Of a DNA stretch of 64,000 bases, positions 12,190 to 26,382 are shown one piece after another; positions within the stretch are counted from its first letter, which is position 1, and each line of letters starts with the position of its first letter. This DNA comes from Fimicolochytrium jonesii (Eukaryota). The notes under the pieces were generated by a model. It was not told where the DNA came from. It saw nothing but the letters and a program-made list of their open reading frames with translations, and did no database searches. The stretch spans positions 62,001 through 126,000 of the forward strand of contig NW_026515682.1 of NCBI RefSeq assembly GCF_025526975.1, in the 5' to 3' direction. A program made the position numbers and the translations under genes.

Positions 12190-13140
12190 GCCTGTTCCAT
12201 ATTCCGACCCAGTGTTGTGTGCAGAGCCCATTTCCCGCCTTCCTGCAGCACTTACCACACCGGTGCAGCAGACAAGCTGCACCGGCAAACCCGTCACACA
12301 GCCTCGGTCTGGGCGATGGTAATGTTCCATCAACACGGACCACGCCAATGTGTCGAGATTCTCTCGGACGGTACCGCCGCAGGCGTTTGGTGCCAATAGC
12401 ACATCAGGCGCAAGAGCCGAGTGGTATAGCGAGTGATCACAAGGTGCTTGCCGGATCTTTTCTTCTAACTTTCAGCCGTCGCTGCCGAAAAGGAATGGCG
12501 TGTTGGCGAAGGGTAGCCGCACGAACCAAACTAGTCATTTCTTGACAGCACCGCGATCCGCCAAGGGCCTCCTTGAATAACACTCCGCAACGCGATTGCT
12601 GTGGTTTGTCTGATAGTCACCCTGCAAACTTCTTGTACCACTGCGCTCCTGATCGTTGCCCAGAACGGGCGCGGCGGTGGCGCGACACGATTGATCAGAT
12701 TCACCGTCTCGTCCTCCAATCTCGTGAGAGATTGAAAAGTCCAGTCATAAGGTCAGCGGCTTCCCTGCACCAGAAATCTTCGGCATGCTGTCGTTTCGCG
12801 CCTGGGTGATCAGGCGGGCGTCCCGCAAGCTGTTCAGTGACCGACAAGCAAAGACCAGGGCCGGCTCCCACGGGTTCGGCCGAAGATTCTATCGGTGTCC
12901 TGGGATGCTTCTGAATGCTTGCGTGAAACGAAACCCGGTCAGTTGCCACTGCGTAACGGAACCGTCGGTTGCCAGTCTGCGTCATGTCCATTTTCTGTAC
13001 CCAAAACGTGCTCTTCCACCATTCCATCCTATTTGTGCGGAACTGCTCTTGGGCTAGATGTTAGCCATGGTCGACACCGTCCCAGTCGCTTAATGTCGAA
13101 ATGGCCCAGAGGGCGTCGCCGGTGTTGATGATAAGGCTTC
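12190..13140 (-). pseudogene. Degenerate Fanzor1/TnpB-like nuclease remnant
   Basis: Fragments in the expected order: LIINTGDALW..., EQFRTNRMEWWKSTFWVQK..TGNRRFRYAVATDRVSF (cf. W..F..K..T.NRRF...I.TDG.S), IGTKRLRRY..IGVVRVDG (cf. RuvC-II ..K.LRR.L...V..VDE..TS), a Cys-rich segment, then GIWNR (cf. WNRD). Stops and frameshifts throughout. Confidence 0.5.
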
Positions 13141-15367
13141 CTTGGCTTTTTCTACATGAGAGTCTTTCAGCGCTGTTAAGGTACTGTATATGCGTGACTC
13201 GAGGCGTTCAAAGGGCAGGCTCCCCAAAATTGGGGCTTATGCGTTCAATGAATGTCTCCATTGAATCTCCAAATTGTAAGAGGTCTTCCTTGGGTTTGTT
13301 ATGCAATAGGGTCTTTCTGCACTGTTGAGGTACCGTCGATGTAGGACTTCAAATCGTGAAGCGGCAGCCAAAGACTGGTCGCCTCCCCAGGATTGGGGCG
13401 TTTGAGTTCCGTGCCCTCTCCATATTGCAAGACGTCTTGCTTGGCAATGTTCTGCACCAGAGTCAGCCTGCGCGGTTGAGGTAACGTAGATATATGACCT
13501 AAGTCGTGCGTCCTTGAGCCATACATCTACTGTACATCAAGTTGTTGATTCGGCATCTTCACTCCAACAGTCTACATTCCAAGAAAACTGATCGCGCTCG
13601 ATGGTCAGCTGGCGAGAAGGTCGAAGAGTCCAGTCCTGGGAACGAACATGCGTAGTTCGATTGTGAATGGCGTATCTCGGTGCAGATCCAAGCCAGGGCA
13701 TGCTGGGAATTCCCGTACATCTCAATATGGGAAGGAACATGTGAGCACCTGTACGTTAGATCACAGGTATCGAACTGGTTCACCACATACAGCTCGGATT
13801 TCTTGGCAATCAAAAACTCCACTCAGCCTCACGGTATTGAACGGCATGGCAACGATCACACTCGAGGCAAATTTTACTCATTGATGCAGGAAGTCCCTCA
13901 GAACAGGCGCCCCGCTTTGGGCAATGAACTCAACCCCGCCCAGTTCCATGTTTCGTTGCAAAGACTTCGCCGAAGAGTATGTGAAGTTGCGAGAACTAGT
14001 CAAATGAGAAACTGGGCAAGGGAAGTGTGACTGCTTTCCACCTGTATATTCGACTCGAACGTCAAGGTAAAACTTCGTACTTTACCCTGGTGATTACAAT
14101 TGAAGACGAAGTTTTCGAAACGATACATGTCAAGCAGGACTCGACAACACCTGCAACATGGCAGATTGACTATGACTACTAGTTCCTCGCTCTCTGAAAC
14201 ATGAGATAGTGCACGTCCAAAGGCCTACCGAACTTGAAACCGATCCCGGGAAACCGCCCCACTTCGTCAAATCCTAGTGATTTGAAAAGTTGGAGAGACC
14301 TGTCGTTCTCTCCACCGATGATTGCTGTTAGGGGTCAGTAAAGACGGATGTCAGACACTGAGAGACACTGCGATGGGAGTGTTTGAGAGCCCCTACCGAT
14401 TACGGATGTATAGTCAAGCTCGGCTGCACGGGTAAGTAGAGCTTCTATGAGCCGCTTTCCCAATCCCTGTCCTTGGTGCTCGTGATGTATGTAGAGTGTG
14501 ATTTCGCAAGTCCTTTGGTTTTCGCCACAGACGGTGAGGAGAAATCATCGTCGCCTGTAGTTGCGAAGTGATTCACCTGTCATATCCTCGCTTCGGGTTC
14601 CATCGCATCAGACCGCCATATCCCACCTGAGGATGGTTATGAGCAAGGCAAAATCCGAAAATCGGGCTATCCATCTACTACTGTCGATTCTACTCACCAC
14701 ATTCCCGTCCACCTCGTTGACCGCCACCAGGATCGGGTACTTCTCTCCAAAATTTGTCGAGAACCACCCACGTCTGTGCTCCAATGTAGGCGTTTCGTGG
14801 TCTAGAGTAGCGTTGCCGTTTTTGACTTCGTAGTTATAGATCTGTGTATTGTTAGGCCCGCCGTGAGAACCTCTGCACTAGTTGAGGGTAGAACTCTCAC
14901 CTCCAGAAGGGCTGGAACGTCGTCCAAGGTGCCGTCGCGAAAAACGTACGTCGATGCTGCCATGACCCCACCTACGTTTCACAGCAAACCGGTAACTCCA
15001 GAGGTCGATGGGTGGAGTCCGGACTGATCAGTGAAGTTGGGGTGAGAAACTTGAAACCGAACAGCCGAACAAGGACGTCAAAGGGGTAGTCATCTTGACG
15101 CGTCGTCGTGAGACTCTATATGGACGCGTCAGGTTGAGAACTTGGGTTTTGAGATTCGTCGGACGCAGCTTCCTGGTGGCTTACGAGACTACAGCACATA
15201 TATACGTACTGTAGGTCATTCGCAAGCGAAGTTTTAGGCTCGGGACTGAGCCTCTGTCGATGGAGTGAGTGACTCTGTGTGCCGGTTATTGAAAGCAACT
15301 TGAGCTCATTTCCCGCGCGACATTGCTGGGGGAACAGACGCAGACGAACTGGTTCCACCACACAAAT

Positions 15368-18300
15368 ATGATGTGGTATGATCAATCCGTAGATGGAGAG
15401 TTTTCCTCTGTCGCAGTGCATCCGGCGTTCCCAGTCATAGCTGCAGCCACGAAGGAAGGGCGCGTCGAGCTTTATGATGATGAAGGGAAGAAGCAGGAAG
15501 GAATCGACGTAGCGAAAGCGGGTGCGGGGGAGGCCAAGCTGGCGTGGCATGCCGTACGGAAGCTGCTAGCTGTGGGTTGGGGCAACGGTAGGGCATTCTG
15601 TCTGATTTCGTGCCCGGCCATGGTTCGCAAATAGAGATTGACTGCGATTTTTGGGTGACAAAGGCTCTATCGCAATCTGGTTTGACAACGAACAAGTCCT
15701 ACGAGAAGGAAATGTGCATCAATCGTCGATCTCGCTGGTCGAGTGGAATCCGGTTGGAAACAAGCTGATAACTGGTGACGAAGTGAGCATCCAATTGCTG
15801 TTAGTCGTAGTTCCTTCTCCACGCTCATCTTTCGCGAAAGGACGGCGATGTTGTTGTCTGGAAAGTAGACCTAAGAGGGCGACTGGCTGTTTCCTGTCAA
15901 TACCGTCTCAAGAACAAGGTCACCCATTGCCTCTTTCGGCCGTCTCAATTGCTCGACGTGGATTTACGGTACGTCAGAGATCACAGATTTGCAGGTGAAT
16001 GGACGGTTGCGAAAGACGAGCTTAACGAGACTGCTTTGCTGTGCAGCAACGTTTCCTCTCCACCTTTCTTTTTGGGAACTGTGACCGGGTCAATATTCTA
16101 CGCGGATGATATGGGTCATTGTACCGAGAGCATGTCCACTTCGGCTCCAATAGCGGCGCTCCTGATGCTGGAACAGAAGGACACTGTCATTGTTGTCACG
16201 ACGAACATGCTTGTCTTCAGACTTCTCCTGACTCCAGATGGGAAATTGACTCAGGAATCGCAGGTACTTGGGAAGGGTCATTCCGTTTGGGCATCCGAGT
16301 ACGAAACTTGACCAATTGCCAGATGAAATTAAGCAGCGCCGCCAGTAAGAGCGATGCAAAATCGATACATGTTGTCTGGGCTGGCCCATCCACCTTGGCT
16401 TTGTCTGTCGGCGGGCAGCCAATATGGATTTGGGACATTGAGAACGAAGAGAATTATGTCCTAAACATGTCAGGTACTTAAGACAAATTCCTAGACCTGC
16501 GGTTGACGTCGAGAACTTGACGTAATGTCAATTCTAGGCACAGAGAAAGTGCGAATCAACTGCGTCGCATTTAGCAGTCACCAGAGCTTGCTGGTTGGTG
16601 AGTAGAGGTTATGCTTCCAAGGAGCAGTACTTTCATAGCGTACTCCCGCTAAACGCTCGCATTATTCCTATCGTCAGCTGGAACCGATTCCGGTCACGTC
16701 GTCATATGGAAAGGACGAATCAATCAAAGCACAGATGAAGAGAAAGGCAGAACACAAGTCTGGGAGGTGCGTCTGACAGCCATGCTATGTGTATTTGCAT
16801 GGAAGGCTCAATCTGATTCTTTGGGACGAACCAGATGCTATCCAAAACAAACACCGGAGGCAGTGTAGAGGATGTGTCATGGGGTAGCTATCTGATGCGT
16901 TTGAAAGTTGAAAGTTGCTCGCAGCAAGTCAGTGACTTATTGTTGTATGTAGGCGTGCAATCAAGTGTACTCGCCGTTCGCAAGCGTGGCGGACTAAAAC
17001 TGCTCACAAGACAAGTGATGCACCGCCAATTTTGGGGCCGCAACGCTGCGATACAAGTCGAACAAAGCCGCGTTCTACTGTATCCGCGCGGTAAGGTAAA
17101 CCGAACAGGATCTTAAGATTGATGCCGCGGTGGGGTTCGACTCTAATCGTCGATGCTCAAAAGGATCCGATATCGTGCCCGGTCGATATGCGCATCAAAG
17201 GGCTTGCATTGGCTCGCAACCGTTTCGCCGTGTGGAATGGTCATAGCATTGAGATTCAAACATACGATGGTAAGAAATTCTTGCCGGCATGGATTGTGTC
17301 TTCAATTCGCAACTAATCATATCCGTTGGCAGCCGGTCCTCTGGACCGCGGCAGTGCCTCTGATATAAGTGGAGGGGACTACGCTATAAGTTCTTCACGG
17401 GAAGGGTTAGCGGGCACAGAATCCGGTGGCACCAGAAGCACAATCAGTACAACAGCTATGCAGATCACTATCGATGATCAGTTTGTCTACATCGGCCAAG
17501 GAAATCGTGTCGAAGTCTGCAACTCACTCGGAGTAGCGAAAGGTGTCATCTCCTGGATCGAAAGCGAGGGAGACATCTCGGGCATCATCAGTAGACCCGC
17601 GTGGTTGTGTTTGGTGAGCGAGGCTAGACAAGTCTGGGAGTCTCCGACAAATCCTCTCAAACGTTTTCGTTGTCATATCTTTCAGACAACGAGCAATAAA
17701 TACCTGAAGCTGGTGGACACGAAAAGCGGACAGTTCAAGCAAGTGCTATCGAAGAAAGTGGATCCGTATGTGTAGCATAAAGTATGGGCTGGCTTACGAA
17801 TATGGACTAACATCTCTCCACCTCCCTACTGGTAGAAAGTTATCATTACATTCAATCCACAGCGCAAGGGTGAACGCTGATGGCTCAATGATTTGCTATA
17901 CGGGCGACAAGCTGCTTCCAGGTAGTCTGCCTATTCTGTGCTGACCCACTACACATACGGAGACTAAGCTCTAATTCATGAAACAGGTGCTGGTGATTTG
18001 ACGTACGTCGACCCGAGAATCCACGTATACGATGTCGAGCGTGATACGACATTGTCGTTTGATCTTACTCCCTATGGAGGCGCGGTAATCGAAACTGGAG
18101 AATCTCGCGCCCCTCTCCTTCCGCTGACAATGTTATATGATTTGCAGGCAGCCTCATATCGATGGGACTGGAACGACCCAAAGATACTGGTTTGCCAGAC
18201 TGGAAGGATGGATGGTGAGAAAACAGAAGGTACTATCCGCACCTGATTTGGCGCTTTAGACTCCAATCCCTTCATACTCATACACGGTCTCAACAGACAA

Positions 18301-21291
18301 ACCGGAGACGGCCTCGCGTGTAAGTCCGTTTCAGCGTTGAGCATCCTTGAAAGAACGCTTATTTATGCCCGGGCCATCTAGATCGTGTCCTTTTTCGTCA
18401 CGCATTCCCATGGCCTCACGCATCACTCGACGCACCCCGCTCCCGCATCTGCGGAGGGTCTCCTCGGGGTGAACATGCCCTCTCACTATCATATCAATGT
18501 ATGTAAAGTTGGAGAGTCTTATGAAAGGCATTGGCATGCCCTACTAATCATTGATTTCTCTTCAGAAAGCCTCACTGGATAAGCCGGGCAATCTTCTTCT
18601 CAGTGTTCCAGCTCCTGATTTGGAAGGCCTCGAAAATGCAGATCCAGCTACTTTGAAGTCTATGTTAGAATTCAGCTTCCACCTGGCCACTGGAAACGTC
18701 AATGAGTCTATAAGGGTAATGTCATGGATGATAGTCCTTTATCGAAACTGTCGTCCTTATATGCTCCATCCTTCTTTCTAGTCACTACAACATGTGCGCA
18801 ATCCATCAACGTGGAGAACCCTTGCGAAGTTGTGCATCAAGACGCGTAGGCCAGACATTGCAGCCATCTGCTTTGCAAACATGGGCGACAACCGCGCAGT
18901 GGCAGAGTTGGAGCGGGTGCAGCAGGATGGGAGTGGCGAAGAAGTAGCATTGGCCATCGGCGCTATGTTCCTGGGGATGGAGGGAGAAGTGGAGGCGTCC
19001 TGCACGGCCTGCGAGCGGTGGGATATCTTGAACCGGTTTTACCAGGTCAGTTTGGCGATGATGTTCAACGTCTCACCCACGGCGGCAGCGAGAAGGCAGG
19101 CTTACTTTGATCGAAAGTAGGCCACCAATCGATGGGAAAAGGCGCTACAAATAGCGGCCACAAAGGACCGTATACACCTCAAGACTACGTTCTACAACTT
19201 TGCGCGCTGGTTAGAGGAGATCGGTGACTTCAGTGGCGCGCTAGCTGCTTTCGAGAAGAGCGGATGCGAAAGGTATGGCCTGCAACCGAGCTCGGATCGT
19301 ATATGACCCCTTTCTGTGACGAAAGCAACCGAATTGAACGCCGAAGTTCATAACAGCTTCGAAGTACCTCGGCTCTTACTTTCCAACAATGATGTCAAAG
19401 AATTGGAAAAGTACATCACCGGCAACAAGAGCAAGGTTGGGCAAATTCAACACAATTTCACAATGTTCAATGCTTACACGGTTTATGCCATTACTTAGCT
19501 CTTGAAGAAATGGTGGGCGCAATACAGCGAGTCGCACAACAATCTCAAAGGCGCATTGCAGAACTATGAGGCCGCGGGCGACACTCTTTCCGTCGTTAGG
19601 ATCTTCTGTCTGACTGGCGAAGTGGATAAGGTACAGGCACGCGGACGGAAGACCGCAGAGATGCGCCGTTGTTTATTCTTCTCTGTCCTGCCAGGCTGTT
19701 GAAATTGCCCAACGTGCGAATGATAAAGCAGCCCTCTGCCATATAGCCCAGCATTACTCGTCTGAGCACAAGATAGCGGAAGCCATTCGCTTCTACGGTC
19801 TTTCCACGCATCTGAGACCCGCAATCCGGCTTGCGAAAGACAACAATATGGTGACACATCTCACCTCGCTAGCCTTGCAAGCGTCGCCAGATTGCTTGCT
19901 GGATGTCGCAAAGTACTTTGAGGCAAAGAACATGGGCGATCGCGCCGCAGTGCTATATTTGAAGGCTGGTTCGGTGGCCAAGGCGGTGGACGTCGGTCTG
20001 AGGGCGGGGGATGTTGGAGAGCTTGGTAGGTCAAGCATTCGGATTTACGCGGCTGACGGCCCGCTGGGCGCATGCAGTGACGTGCTGACATCTTCCCTCG
20101 TTGTCAGTTCGGAACTTGCCCCCAGATACGGATCCTGCTATTCTGGAAAAATTGTCAAACTACTACCAATCCCACGACAAGCCCTCAGAAGCATTGCATC
20201 TTTTGTTGCTTGCGAAGAGATTCGATCAGGTAAAGTGGAATACAACAATGTATTCAACCTTCGTTTCTTGCCATCCTCACATTGCGAAACAATTTCAGGC
20301 TCTGGCTCTGATAGATCAGCATCAGATCCCGCTCACCGAAGAACTCATCGAGGCCATTCCCCTGACTGATTCCGCCGAAGACAAGGCTCTTCTAGTGCAA
20401 ATCGCCGACGCGTGCATGGCTCAGCAGCAATGGGCTTTGGCATGCAAGAAGTATACCCAAGCAGGCGATCGGCTACGCGCGATGGACGCTCTCCTAAGAT
20501 CCGGAGATACAGACAAGATCATCTTTTTCGCCAATGTGTCGGGTGCCAAAGACCGGCAGATTTATGTTATGGCATCGAACTACCTGCAGACTTTGCAATG
20601 GCGAAACGTGCCAACATACCTGAAAAGCATCATCACGTTCTATACGAAAGCGAGAGCTTGGGAGCACTTGGCCAGTTTCTATGAGAGTTGCGCGGCGGTG
20701 GAAGTAGACGAGTTCCAGAATTATGAAAAGGTATGTATGACCTCTGATATCGCATGTCGTGCGTAAGTGGGTGGTGGCCGCCTAACATCGATTCCATTGA
20801 AGGCTCTCGGAGCTCTGAAAGAGGCCATCAAAGTTATCGACAAGATAAAAGATCCCCAGAAGCGGGACCATTCGCTCCACCAGTTCGAGAGCAAAGTCTC
20901 CACCATGGCGCAGTTCGTGCATGCGCGTGAAATAGCAAAGACGGATACACTGCTAACGTTCCAGATATGCGAGCAGCTGCTCCAAATGCCGGATATTGAT
21001 GTACGTTGGGACCGAACTCTTGAAAGATGGGGATGTGAGCCACTAACGCCCGTCCCACACTCGCAGGACGCAATACGGAAAGGTGACATCTACGCTCTAT
21101 TGATCGAATTACACTTCAGCAACGGGTACTATCCACAAGCGCTAGATCTGCTAAACCGAATGGAAGCTAGTCTTCCCGGGGTCAACGTTGCCTATTACGT
21201 TGATGAGAGGATAATACAGGCATTACGTGGGGATAGAGATGGGAATGTGGGTGGCGAGGTCGTTGAAGAGAATATTTCGGTTTTGGAGTGA
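15368..21291 (+). CDS. IFT140: Intraflagellar transport protein 140 (WD40 + TPR), many exons
   Basis: N-terminus [106 protein letters not shown]. Confidence 0.95.
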
Positions 21292-21427
21292 TGGGACGCC
21301 GCATGCCGTTCAGAAGGCTTTGTATTGTAACCGACTTTGAATAACGGAATGATACCCGGCACTGACACTGAGCGTGTTCGTCGACGATCTCCCGACACGA
21401 GTGATCGCCACAATGAGTATTAACTGA

Positions 21428-22752
21428 TCATTCCAAAATATACCTGCGGTCGGTCGACAAGATCGTCAGCATCAATGATGCCTGGCGAGTAGCAGTGGCA
21501 AACCCGAGTAGGGGAACATCGAAACTAACATGTTTACGCCGAATAGTTGGGGTGGGAACCCCTTCTGTACGTCTTCCTTAATAACCTTCAGTCCTGCTTT
21601 GGTGAATAACTCCTTCAAGATTGCGTCCGACCTGTGCCATCCACCACCACATTCGTGAGGCAAGCCCGTGAGTTGGAAACATTGTGAAGCGCTGAACCAA
21701 CCTGGTAACGCTACTGTCTTCTGCGTCGACGAGGACACCATGCCTGGTCACGTTCTCCTTTACGCCGATTAGGCCATTTGGCTTCAAACCTCGTTTGCAT
21801 TTTTGAAAAAATGCAACAAAGTCCTCTAAGGAAGGGGAGGTCAGGCGAGATTCATGGGAAACGTTGGCCATGAGGAATTCACACCATACCATCCGTTAAA
21901 TGGCCAAGCACCCATTGTGTCCATATCAGGTCATATCGACCTTCCTAAGTGGCAAACGACTTGTCAAACCTCCTTTCATATTCAGGACGTTAAGAAAGCG
22001 ACCAAGCATCTTACATCCGGCGTGAAGTCCTGCAACCCTTTCGGGATGAATCTATCTACCCTGCCCACCAGGTCTTGGCCCATATACGAGTCCTCCGCTT
22101 CTTTCAGAAACTTGGGTGTTTGTTCCACCTACGAAACCTCGTCCGTTGGCATTCGAGAATCCGCTTTTGCTGTGTTCCTTCAGCACACCATACCATGTCC
22201 ACCCGCTCAAAGACCTTCAATAGGAAGTGCTTCGAAACTCGACCAATACCTGGAAGCCGTATTATTGAGTTTCGATACATGTGGCCGAGCTCGTCTGGAA
22301 GGCTTGTGCTCGAAAGCATGCCACATGCAGCCGCATACCTGCTCCACAGTCTGAAGACGAGACGTCAGTCTGTCACTCAGAAAAACGGCTACTTCCACCA
22401 TAAACTCACCGCAAGCTAAGCCCTTGCCAATCCGTGGCGGAACTTCCACGTTCTCACTGCCGTTCTGCTTCCCGTTTACAAACTCGTCTATGAACTCTAT
22501 CGACGACTTGCAGTCAATCTCGGTGAGATGTCCGAATCCACCAAGCATTCCCTTTGGAAATTTGTGACATAAATAACGAAAGCTGTGGTACAAGGTCCAT
22601 AGAGTCGAAATTGGACGTACTTGCACATCGGAATTAACCGTACCCCAGTAGGTCGCAGCGTCCGTATACCAGGAAGGTCCACCGATTGCTGGTCCCTGTG
22701 GTGCCTGAGCAACCGGCGTAGCGGCAGCAGCTGCCTGTCCCTTTCTGCCCAT
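21428..22752 (-). CDS. NTM1: Alpha N-terminal protein methyltransferase (NTM1/TAE1/NTMT1)
   Basis: WY..AATYW, GMLGGFG, DCGAGIGRVSK, GLKPNGLIGVKEN, DAEDSSVTRS, QKGFP..LFGVNMY. Confidence 0.93.
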
Positions 22753-23170
22753 ATCGCACGACGTGTGAGTCCCCTGATGTCGGCGAGGAGTGGTCTTTTT
22801 TCGCAGCTCGGCAGGCTCGCCACCGTCGAGTTGAGAATCGAGACTTCGCGTTGGATGGGGTGTGGGAGGGAGGCTGTGCATTCAATTAGAGTTCGGACAC
22901 GGACCAACGCGCGTGGGAAAGAAATGTCATCGCATCCCTCCTCTCAAGTTCATCAAACTTCCAAGCCGTAGCGGGACTTGGATTTCTTCCCAGGGGGACA
23001 AACTCAGAATATCAATAGTGTATACAAGTTCGCTTTTCAGACTGTACGTTTACGCACTGCTATAACTGTCGTCTCTGAAGTATCGACCGTCTCATCTCTA
23101 AGAGCATAGCCAACTCCCGTCGTAGAGGTCGGTCCCTTGTTGCCTGAACAGGAAAGAATTCTCACGTCCT

Positions 23171-26100
23171 ATGCCTGCGAGGAAGGGTCTTCCCGCACAG
23201 GCGGACGATAGAGATGTACCCTCTCAGATTCCTAAAAAGAGGGGTCGCGAGGAGGAGGACGACGATGATTATGACGGCGTCGACAAACCCGTCATTGCAA
23301 AGCGACCTCCCCTTTTGCCGCGAACAGGCATTCCGGCCAGCTCCTTCTTTGCCGCGGACAGGAACGCCATCACAAGGAAGTTCAAGGTTTGCACACCCGC
23401 TGTAATTGCCACAGCAAACAGTAGCAGAAGTCCTAAGAATGTTACTTCCTTAGGTTCCTACGTTTCTGAGCGGGCGTCCTGCAGGAGGGGCGTTGAGGGC
23501 GGGAACAACACTAGGGACACGCCCACGGACCAACGTGTATAAAGGACCATTATATGACCCCGAAGCTCCCGATGCCATTGTTTTACACCATCCGCGCGTT
23601 CTTTCGGCGACCGAGAAGTTAGAAGCGCTAAAGTTGAAGCCGAAGGATGGGTCCAGTGATGTGGAAGTACATGTGGTTGTTGATCCCATGCTCGGAAAAG
23701 TATTGCGGCCCCATCAGATCGAAGGGGTGCGGTTCCTGTACAACTGCGTGACCGGAAGGGTGAAGGACAATGCGTATGGATGTATCATGGCCGACGAAAT
23801 GGTAGGATCAGCGGTGGGATTGCATGTGGGATCCTTTGTGACCGGCTGTCTTCCGAATCTTTGATCTTGTTGAGCTAATGCGTTCATCAACAGGGATTGG
23901 GTAAAACGCTGCAATGTAAGTGCCTCAACAACGAGGTTCCTCAGAAGCTACCATAGATTCTCACGTTTTACCAGGCATCACTTTGCTATGGACCTTGTTG
24001 AAGCAATCCCCGCAGGCTGGAAAGGCAACCATTGACAAGGTGAGGCCCGAAGTTCTGCTTTTCGCACAAAAGAGACCGCAGAACCCATTGGCTTTTCGAT
24101 TTGCAGGCAGTCATCGCTTGCCCTTCTAGTCTGGTGAAGAACTGGGCGAACGAGTTGGTCAAGTGGTTAGGGCCCAACAGCATAAGGCCTTATGCTTGCG
24201 ACAACAAAGGGACAAAAGAACAGACAGAAAAGGACATGAGAAAGTTCGTCTCCGACAAAGGCCGTGGCATCGTGCAGCCTGTACTCATCGTGTCATACGA
24301 GACTTTGCGGATATATTGCGACATACTATGTCAGACGGAGATCGGGTTACTCCTGTGTGATGAAGGTAAAGGATCGATAACGAAGGCACTCCCATGCACA
24401 ACTTACTTAATCAAGATAAAACTAGGTCACAGGCTGAAGAACGCGGACTCGCAAACCTATATCAACCTCAATAAGCTTAATGCAAAGCGACGGGTGATCT
24501 TATCGGGAACTCCAATCCAGGTGAGAACGGGGAAAAGTCACTGGAAGATGTATTGGAGTTATCATCACTAACTACCCACTTGATGTTTACAGAACGATTT
24601 GACTGGTAAGTAGACAGACTCACGCCCCACTGCACCATGGCCCCGCTTCTAAAATTCCCACAGAGTATTTCGCACTCATCAGTTTTGCAATTCCGGACGT
24701 TCTTGGCTCCGGCGCCGAGTTCCGCAAAAAATACGAGTTGCCTATTTTGCGTGGAAGAGATGCAGAAGCTTCCGAAAAGGACCGAAATCTCAGTGAAGAG
24801 AGGCTGAAAGAGCTTCTTGCAATTGCGAATCAGTTTATCATTCGCCGGACAGCAGAGCTACTAACAAAATACTGTAAGTCTGCCGTATACGCAGACCCAT
24901 CGTTGAATCCAAAGGCTGATCGTTTGAGTGATACAGTACCGGTCAAGTACGAGCATGTTGTATTCTGCAAGCTGACCGATGCTCAAATGAACCTGTACAA
25001 GCACTTCACCAAGTCCAAGGAAGTGAGCCGTCTTCTGTCTGGTTCCGGATCACAGCCTTTACGGGCGATCACTTTCCTCAAGAAACTATGCAACCATCCC
25101 GCCTTGATCGATCGGAAGCTGTTAGGACCTGAAACGGACTCGATTCTTCCACCAAACTTCGATTGGAACAAGGCTCAAGCCGAGTTCTCTGGGAAAATGT
25201 TGTTACTGGAGCGGATGCTCGATAAGATGAGGTTTGTCAATAGTATATGATTCCAGTCCCTCTAGAACTGTCGAACTGATTGCTTGCGCAGGAAGACATC
25301 GTCGGACAAGATCGTTTTGATCAGCAACTACACTCAAACGTTGGACCTGATAGAGATTATGTGTCGCCAACGGAGATGGGGCCAACTACGACTAGATGGG
25401 TCAATGACGATTCAGAAGCGCCAAAAGCTTGTTGACAGGTTCAATGACCCGGCTGGCCCGGAGTTCATTTTCCTGCTGTCCAGTAAAGCAGGCGGGTGTG
25501 GAATCAACTTGGTAAGTCCAGGCGTAGTTTTGCAAATAAGCAATGTAGGGTCATGTCTGTAACGCACTTTGCAACATCAGATTGGCGCCAACCGGCTGAT
25601 ACTATTCGATCCGGATTGGAATCCAGCCAACGATGCACAGGCCCTAGCTCGAGTCTGGCGAGGTATAGTGGCATAGGTTACCATTCATCGTTGCTGCACC
25701 CTTCGCTAAGCATTACATCTCAGACGGGCAGAAAAAGACCTGCTTCATATACCGGTTCATTGCCACTGGCTCGATCGAAGAGAAAATCTTTCAAAGTGAG
25801 ATCTGAGGATGGCGCTCTCGGTTCGGTACGGGATCAGGTACTGACAGCTCGCAATCATTGTAGGACAAGCCCACAAGCAATCCCTCAGCAGTTGTGTCGT
25901 AGACGCGGAAGAAGACGTCGAGCGACATTTCTCTCTCGAAAACCTGCGGCAGCTCTTCCTTCTCAATGAGGACACGCTGTCAGATACCCACGATACCTTC
26001 CGTTGCAAGCGATGCGTGCGCGGTATGCAAATGAAGAAACCAGCCGAAAATACAGTGAACACAGGCGCCCAGGCAGCCGACACGAGCAACTGGAACCACT

Positions 26101-26225
26101 TCAGCAAAGAGGAGCTGCATAAAGTCCACGACACCGTTCTGAAGGATGAAGGCATCGCCAGTGGGGTTGCCACTTATGTATTCCAAAACAAGTCGCATGA
26201 CCAACAGGTGGTCAAGCTGAAGTGA
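23171..26225 (+). CDS. RAD54: DNA repair/recombination SNF2-family ATPase Rad54
   Basis: [95 protein letters not shown]. Confidence 0.96.
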
Positions 26226-26382
26226 CCAAGCCTAATCCCTACTCGTTTCTCGCACATATCAGACCCGGAGGATCGGAGAGAAATACCAATTTTGTAACGA
26301 CAATTCATCTACTATGTACAGTATGCATTTTCCCCACTCGCATCAGTTGATAATAAACGGCTTAGATATCGAGTGCTCGCCA

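Noticed and set aside
22907..22920. ACGCGCGT/GGGAAA as an MCB or E2F site for RAD54
   Set aside because: Short CG-rich motifs are frequent here, and it matches neither consensus exactly.
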